Of a stretch of 64,000 bases of DNA, positions 61,791 to 64,000 are shown piece by piece. The DNA comes from an uncultured cyanobacterium (GTDB taxonomy: Bacteria > Cyanobacteriota > Cyanobacteriia > Cyanobacteriales > CAWCAG01). The translations under genes and the position numbers were made by a program. The stretch covers positions 992,001 through 1,056,000 of the forward strand of contig CAWCAG010000007.1 of the NCBI GenBank assembly GCA_963793425.1, in the 5' to 3' direction. The first letter of the stretch is position 1. Each line of letters begins with the position of its first letter. The notes under the pieces were generated by a model that did no database searches, had not been told where the DNA came from, and was given only the letters and a program-made list of their open reading frames with translations.

Positions 61791-62180
61791 TTAGCTATTA
61801 GTTGAAAAATCTAGAATGTCTCTAATAACTCTCTTCAAATCTTCATCAGCAGGGCGTTTAGCAAACTGTTCGTGAGTATATATCCAAACTGGTTTAATGA
61901 TATAGCTAATTTCGTTTACCAAGTACATTAATCTGATTTGTCCAGAAGCACCTTTGGCAAACCTAAATTTCAGCTTGTAAAATGTCCATTCTTGAGATAG
62001 CTTAATTTTACTTGGTAAAGGTTCGAGACAAGAGTTATGGGGATATGGATTATCAAGCAAATTCTCCAAACTTCTTGAAACGATTAACACAAAGTTGTTT
62101 TTATGAACTTTAGCAAGTTTTTTAAAAGAACGCTTAAAATTGTCAGACTCTTCAATCAAGAAGGGAGTTGAGCCAGTCAT
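61791..62180 (-). CDS. RelE/ParE-like type II toxin
   Basis: SDNFKRSFKKL, GASGQIRLMY, WIYTH; overlaps the antitoxin 3' end. Confidence 0.7.
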   Translation of the reverse strand: MTGSTPFLIEESDNFKRSFKKLAKVHKNNFVLIVSRSLENLLDNPYPHNSCLEPLPSKIKLSQEWTFYKLKFRFAKGASGQIRLMYLVNEISYIIKPVWIYTHEQFAKRPADEDLKRVIRDILDFSTNS

Positions 62181-62739
62181 GCACTTCTCCTTTACTAATA
62201 TGATTGGAAGATTCCGAATTAAACGTATCCTTCAAAAGCTCAGCCATTGCTAGTTCGTATACAGGGTTATCTTTTTCTATTAAATCAAGTTTTTGATGAC
62301 CTAATTCTTCCATATCTTCAAGGAGGATAGGCTCTGTTGAACTTGCATCAGATAATAGACCTTTACGAGCCTTTTTCCAAGGAAATTCTAAGTGAGTCAT
62401 GCCACTTAATTGATAAGCATGGTAGCTACCGAAATGTTCCCACACTTGTTCTAAAAGTTCTCTTTTTTCAAGCGGAAGCAGCAATAAGGATTCTTCATCA
62501 GGGAGCGGTAATTGTTGCGCCTCAAAATTACTGTAGAATTTGTACGCAGGAGGGCAAACAGGGCCATAACGCCACGCTTGAATTTCTTCTTCAAACAATG
62601 GCTCATTGTACAATGCTAAGTGCAAACTTTGAGCATAATACAGAAGCTTCTGGACTTTCATATTAGTTATTTCAGCTTCTATACCATTCTGATAAGCCCT
62701 TATGATGAAGTATTTAGCCGCATATAAACAGTCAATCAT
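62152..62739 (-). CDS. Panacea-domain (DUF4065/SocA-like) antitoxin
   Basis: ITNMKVQKLLYYAQ, LFEEEIQAWRYGPV, LSGMTHLEFPW. Confidence 0.88.
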   Translation of the reverse strand: MIDCLYAAKYFIIRAYQNGIEAEITNMKVQKLLYYAQSLHLALYNEPLFEEEIQAWRYGPVCPPAYKFYSNFEAQQLPLPDEESLLLLPLEKRELLEQVWEHFGSYHAYQLSGMTHLEFPWKKARKGLLSDASSTEPILLEDMEELGHQKLDLIEKDNPVYELAMAELLKDTFNSESSNHISKGEVHDWLNSLLD

Positions 62740-62868
62740 GATCTAACTCGCAGCTTCAGTTAAACTTTCCATAGTAACAAATTTAAGGATTTTTGTGCCA
62801 ATTGTTATATTATAAATCAGTCTCGTTGATAGTACAAGGGAACTAGTCTTGTCAAAAACAAACTTTAT

Positions 62869-63423
62869 TTATCCTTGAGCAAACAAAAGCCGACAAATAT
62901 AAACTGCCCCAAAAATTCCTACCAGATCAGCAATTAAACCTGCTACCAGAGCATGGCGAATTCTTTTTATGCCTACTGATCCAAAATAAACCGCTAGCAC
63001 ATAAAAAGTAGTTTCCGTTGAACCATACATAGTTGCCCCAATTTTAGCAACTAAAGAATCTTGTCCATATTCTTTCACCAAATCACTTAACAAACCAAAG
63101 GAACCGCTACCAGAAAGAGGACGCATAATTCCTAAGAGGAGGTTTTCTGGAGGGAAACCAATAAATTTAAGGACAGGAGACACTGCAGTGATGAAAAGAT
63201 CCAATGCTCCAGAAGCCCTAAACATACCTATAGCGACTAAAATAGCTACTAAATAAGGAATAATCCTAATAGCAATATCAAAGCCGTCTTTTGCCCCTTC
63301 AACAAATACTTCATATACCTTTACCCGGCGAAATACCAAGGCATAAAAAGGAATACTAACTAATAGCAAAGGAATAACATATTTGGCTGCGGTATCAAAA
63401 ATATCTACTACTGATTCGATCAT
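62869..63423 (-). CDS. spmB: Spore maturation protein B-like (Gate domain)
   Basis: VYEVFVEGAKDG, MRPLSGSGS, GSTETTFYVLAVYFGSVGI. Confidence 0.88.
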   Translation of the reverse strand: MIESVVDIFDTAAKYVIPLLLVSIPFYALVFRRVKVYEVFVEGAKDGFDIAIRIIPYLVAILVAIGMFRASGALDLFITAVSPVLKFIGFPPENLLLGIMRPLSGSGSFGLLSDLVKEYGQDSLVAKIGATMYGSTETTFYVLAVYFGSVGIKRIRHALVAGLIADLVGIFGAVYICRLLFAQG

Positions 63424-63514
63424 TTTAATTTAGGGAACGGGGAACGGTTTAAGTAATAAGTAATAATTTGGGAATAATGCTATTGCTTATTAACTATTAA
63501 GATTAGGTGTAGGT

Positions 63515-64000
63515 TTATTCTTCTTCTGAGGAATCTTGAGGAATTGCTGTGGTATTTTCCGTCGTTTCTGGTAAAGCGAAAGCAGGAATTTTTGCTAACA
63601 ACTTTACGGCAATAATTGCTGTAATAGTAGATAGGGTTGTTGCTAAAATTGCGGGGAGAAAAATATTACTCGCTTGGGTTCCCATCAAAGCAATTACTGT
63701 TGCTGGCAGAATTAACTGCACACTGGAAGTATTAATAGCCAAAAAAGTACACATTGCATTGGTAGCAGTGTCCTTATCTGGGTTAAGTTCTTGCAACTCC
63801 TGCATTGCTTTGAGTCCCAGAGGTGTAGCCGCATTGCCTAACCCCAACATATTGGCAGACATATTCAAAACAATAGAACCAATGGCAGGATGATCTGGGG
63901 GAATATCGGGGAAAAGCCAAACAGTTACCGGACGTACTACCTTAGCAATCAAATCCACTAAACCTGATGCCTCAGCTATTTTCATAATCCCTAACCACAG
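63515..64000 (-). CDS. spmA: Spore maturation protein A-like (5' end outside window)
   Basis: LWLGIMKIAE, LFPDIPPDHPA, ANMLGLGNAATPLGLKAM, LAINTSSVQL. Confidence 0.88.
   Translation of the reverse strand: MWLGIMKIAEASGLVDLIAKVVRPVTVWLFPDIPPDHPAIGSIVLNMSANMLGLGNAATPLGLKAMQELQELNPDKDTATNAMCTFLAINTSSVQLILPATVIALMGTQASNIFLPAILATTLSTITAIIAVKLLAKIPAFALPETTENTTAIPQDSSEEE

Noticed and set aside
62831..62844. LexA-like box upstream of the Panacea antitoxin (AGTACAAGGGAACT)
   Set aside because: Mismatch in the core half-site; a single weak match

Overview
Cyanobacterial chromosomal window: AT-rich, with many HIP1 GCGATCGC octamers, short tandem heptamer repeats, and nblS, clpR-clpP and ndbB. Housekeeping genes (lepA, mnmG, menB, murF, accC, clpR/clpP, ureE, nblS, ndbB) are interleaved with accessory material. 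Main observations: (1) a phosphatase / OmpR-type two-component / PAP2 / PepSY-TM / twin COG4705 cassette (21.9-28.2 kb). Three of its promoters share an 18-bp direct-repeat box TCTTGNNAAGTTCTTGAC, each placed exactly 10 nt before a TANNNT -10 hexamer, which suggests a self-contained and apparently uncharacterised regulon. (2) An intact REP-associated tyrosine transposase flanked by REPIN-like elements with unusually expanded loops. (3) A pentapeptide-repeat gene broken by a tight cluster of frameshifts in its Ala/Val/Gly-rich segment. (4) An internally deleted DarT/macrodomain remnant after lepA. (5) A TetR/desaturase pair with visible operators. (6) A Panacea-antitoxin/RelE-like toxin pair, an orphan ParD-like antitoxin beside an FGE-sulfatase fragment, and several dispersed repeat families. 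No rRNA, tRNA, CRISPR array or reverse transcriptase was seen. All calls are by eye, with no database searches.
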